From the NCBI RefSeq assembly GCF_009914755.1, contig NC_060937.1: a DNA stretch of 64,000 nucleotides; one strand, written 5' to 3'. Under the pieces are notes generated by a model. That model had not been told where the DNA came from. It saw nothing but the letters and a program-made list of their open reading frames with translations, and made no database searches. Source of the stretch: the human T2T-CHM13v2.0 reference genome, Homo sapiens. Both the position numbers and the translations under genes were made by a program. Shown piece after piece: positions 60,509 to 64,000 of this stretch (positions within the stretch are counted from its first letter, which is position 1; each line of letters starts with the position of its first letter).

Positions 60509-61375
60509 TTAGCCTCTTATGTATTCATTTGACATATTCTTTCAGACTGTCTACTGGGTGCTAGGCATGATCCAGGGCACTCTATCCAGGGATAGAGCTA
60601 TGAATGAGACAAAGTCTCTGCCCTCACGGCCTTGACCTTCCACTCTCTTGTCTGCATTTCCACTTTGCAGGGTGGGGGCAAATTTAGTGCTTTTCTCTTT
60701 GCTTACTCTTGTTCTCTCAGTTCTTTCCCTTCCCTTTGGTTTCTTTCTCAGCTAATAGATATTTATTGAACTCCCACTCTCTGCTGACACAGCACCTGTT
60801 TAAATGGTGGAGGTGTAAGCATATACTCATTTTATGTGGTAGTATTTGCAAAATGCATTAACTCAGAATTATCTCATGAAACCTTAGTCATAATGTGCTT
60901 TGCTGTAGATGGTGTAATGTTTCCTTAGGCAATATGTTTTCCACAAATTTTTTTTGAAAATTTTTTTTTCTAATACAGGGTTAGGTTGAGATGAGGCCAC
61001 TGAGGTAGAAAGAATTTATCTGAATCTTAGGGACAGGTGCGGGGTGGTATAACTATTTCTACCTAGGAAAAAATCCCAAGGTTTTCCCTGTTGTGGTATA
61101 GAAAGCTGTGTTGGCCTGAAGCATGCTAGGTAGATAAGTGGGAGATATTATTCCACTTCATTCTGTCATCACTATTTACTCGTGTCAATAATTTTTTTCA
61201 CTCCAATATTTGTTATCCAACATCTAAATTCTTGTTTGGAAAAGTTATTGTTCCTGTTATTTATCAGTGATTTTTTTTTTTTTTGTCCCAGTCTTCTTCA
61301 AACCTCAGTGGTCTTGTGTTTCTTCCTTTCCTGGTGCACACATTTAAACCTCACCTCCCCAGAAATCTTGCAGAG

Positions 61376-61378
61376 TTT

Positions 61379-61430
<52 letters not shown>

Positions 61431-61503
61431 TTCTTTCTTTCTTTCTTTCTTTCTTTCCCTCCCTCCCTCCCTCCCTCCCTCCCTCTCTCTCTCTCTCTCT
61501 TTC

Positions 61504-61585
<82 letters not shown>

Positions 61586-61667
61586 TCCCTCCCTCCCTCC
61601 CTCTCTCTCTCTCTCTCTTTCTCTCTTTCTCTCTTTCTCTCTTTCTCTCTTTCTTTCTTTCTTTTTT
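61376..61667. repeat. 292-nt pure-pyrimidine compound microsatellite (TTTC)n/(CCCT)n/(CT)n
   Basis: Read directly; forms the tail of the adjacent FLAM. Confidence 0.97.
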
Positions 61668-61788
61668 GGTAGAGATGAGGTCTTGCTATGTTGCCTAGGC
61701 TGGACTCGAACTCCTGGGCTCAAGGCATCCTTCCCAACTTGGCCTCCCAAAGTGTTGGGATTACAGGCATGAGCCACCATGCCCAGCT
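61663..61788 (-). mobile_element. FLAM_C / Alu left monomer
   Basis: GTAGAGATGAGGTCTTGCTATGTTGCC...GAGCCACCATGCCCAGC. Confidence 0.88.
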
Positions 61789-62192
61789 GAGGGTTTTCTT
61801 TTCAGATGTTTCTTATGTCCATCCTTTTATCCCAACCTCCATTTAATTCATGCTTTTATCATCTTGCTTCTAGATTGTAGAATTAATTTCCTACCTGGTT
61901 CGCTTATCTAAAAATTCTCCTCTTCTGCTCTTCCCCCTTTGCCATCACTGCCAGATGCTCTTCTCTCCTGCTCAGAAACTTCCTGTGGCCTCCTGTGACC
62001 TTCAGGATGAAGTTCAAGCTTCTTTGCTTGGCATTGAGTCATCCACAGTCTGGCCACAGGCTATTTTTTTTGGTGAACTTTTTTTCTACTTTTTCCCAGT
62101 TTGGACCCTCAGGGTTGATTTGTTTTTTTTAGTTGGCCCTGATACAATTTTGTCTGCTTGGGCCTTTGCTTAAGCTCTTCTTGCCCTTGCCC

Positions 62193-62232
62193 ACAATGCC
62201 CTTCCCTTTCCTACAATGCCCTTCCCTTTCCT
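62193..62232. repeat. Perfect 20-bp tandem duplication
   Basis: ACAATGCCCTTCCCTTTCCT x2. Confidence 0.9.
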
Positions 62233-62467
62233 AATCCACACCTCACCCACATTGCCAGGCTCTTCTGTCTGTACTCAGAATCTATTCCACCACCTGCCCT
62301 CCCAGCACAAAGAGGCTGCTGACCTCTGAGCCTCCTTAGCACCTTTGGGCCCACTCTTAGTCACACACTGGTAAGTAACCATGGTTACACCTTTATGCCT
62401 TAATTGAGGGAACATTTTCAAGGGCAGGAACCTGATCTTCTGTTTTTGTGTTCTCAGCGGCATCTAA

Positions 62468-62622
62468 CAAGTGATCCTGACTGGGTGCTCATCAGCATCA
62501 CTTAGTGATCTTTAGAAGCAAAACACAGTGACCACAGAATCTGAGAGGGCAGGGCCCGGGAACTAATACATTGTGGAAGCTGCATTGGTAATACTAATGC
62601 ACAGGGGAACTGAGAGCCGCTA
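62468..62622. mobile_element. MER5-like MITE fragment
   Basis: CAGAATCTGAGAGGGCAGGGCCCGGGAA...CTAATGCAC...TGAGAGCCGCT. Confidence 0.45.
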
Positions 62623-63420
62623 GGTGAGCAATGAACCACTTTGACCACGCACTGTTCAGTGAACCCAGCCTGTCCCTACTGTCCTGGAGCTTGGGCTTCT
62701 GGGTGCAGTGAGACAGAGCATCCATAAATAAAATCAGGTAATGATGATATCTGGTACTGTGGAGGAAGACAAGGCAGGGTTAGTGGGCAGAGAGAAAAGC
62801 AGTACTTCCATATAGGCTAGCTTCAAAAATATTCTCCATCTGTCTTACATCAGCAAATGCTCCAACACCTGGCCTTCCCTGATTGAAGTCCGGGAGCCCC
62901 AGCTGGTGGGCCAGACAGTCTGGAAGAAGGGATTCTTGCTCTCTGCTGCCGCTTGTTGATGAGTAGACGACCAAGCAGTGTCCCATGGGGAGCCAGAAAG
63001 ACCCCAGAGAGTGGGAGGTTGGAGGGAAGGAGATGAGGGATCCTGTCTGAGTGAGGAATAGCCAGGGTGCTGTGGGCACACGCAAAAAGCAAGAGGAAAA
63101 CTGGAGTGTGCCTGGCCTGTGACCAGGGACCTGGCTTGAGCCCCGGAGCCTGCACCCACTAGGCGTCCCCATCTAGGTGAAGGGAGAAGCCTTAGCCCAC
63201 TTCAGACTTAACTCTTACTTAATATTCGGAATAATATGTCAGCTTTCAGTAAACGAGTTTACATTTCGCTTGTCCCTTTCTTAGGATAAGGATTATCATC
63301 CTTCTAATCACTTTAAAAAGATGATGTAGCGAAAACTTTCTCTTTAAAAGTGTTTCTCTATGACAGTGAAAAGTATTCTTTGTAACAGGGAAGTGAAGGT
63401 TTACTTGCGTAAGATGTCAG

Positions 63421-63715
63421 TTTTTTTTTTTTTTTTGAGACGAGTCTCCTTGTCGCCCAGGCTGGAGTGCAGTGGCGCGATCTCAGCTCACTGCAGGCTC
63501 CGCCCCCCGGGGTTCACGCCATTCTCCTGCCTCAGCCTCCCGCGTAGCTGGGCCTACAGGCGCCCTCCACCTTGCCCGGCTAATTTTTTGTATTTTTAGT
63601 AGAGATGGGGTTTCACCGTGTTAGCCGGGATGGTCTCGATCTCCTGACCTCGTGATCCGCCCGCTTCGGCCTCCCAAAGTGCTGGGATTACAGGCTTGAG
63701 CCACCATGCCCGGCC
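63421..63715 (-). mobile_element. AluY-lineage element, AluYe-like
   Basis: CTGCAGGCTCCGCCCCCCGGGGTTCACGCC, shortened 3' end, many CpGs retained; TSD AAGATGTCAGTTTTT. Confidence 0.93.
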
Positions 63716-64000
63716 AAGATGTCAGTTTTTTAATGGTGTGCAACGTCCGTTTCTTTGATAGTTGGAAAGCGTGGCAGGTATTAGAGGGCGAATGTATATT
63801 TAAGAAAAACAAGATAAGTCTTCATCTGTAGAGTATTAATTTTTCTGTGATCCTTTATCTCAGACGCCTCTCCTCTGAAGGTCACTGCTCAAGCTGGGCA
63901 GCCCCTTCTAAGAAGGGATGCTGCCTTGGAGTTGGAGATGAGGTTAAGATCTACGTGCGGGTACCAGTTTCAGTAATAACTGGATCCTTCTCTAGGTCTA

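Noticed and set aside
61182-61780. Long ORFs of 129-196 aa (FLSF or KERK repeats)
   Set aside because: Stop-free only because of the pyrimidine microsatellite

Overview
Primate nuclear genomic DNA, catarrhine and probably hominoid judging by AluY and AluYe-like copies. It reads as intronic or intergenic. I found no protein-coding gene, CpG island, rRNA, tRNA, snRNA or CRISPR array that I can support. A large part of the window is interspersed repeat: about 30 Alu/FLAM copies (many with visible target-site duplications, TSDs), 5'-truncated L1s, old L2/MIR pieces, ERV1/ERVL/MaLR solo LTRs and hAT-Charlie MITEs (MER1A, MER30, MER58, MER5). Many ORFs in the supplied track are Alu-, L1- or microsatellite-derived, and none of the rest resembles a protein I recognise. 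The most unusual structure is at 5537-5791, a composite locally templated insertion. It comprises a ~160-bp inverted copy of 7391-7549 plus a perfect 38-bp-arm hairpin, bracketed by an 11-bp direct repeat, and is a candidate de novo pre-miRNA-like hairpin born by template switching. Other notable items: a post-insertion tandem duplication across an AluY tail, a 5'-inverted L1MC with six nested insertions, an L1PA/Alu microhomology junction later hit by an AluY with a (CA)n tail, a tail-to-tail Alu pair about 16 bp apart, a 292-nt pure pyrimidine tract and a weak 87-nt exon candidate. Subfamily names come from remembered consensus sequences, not a database search, and boundaries of old repeats are approximate.
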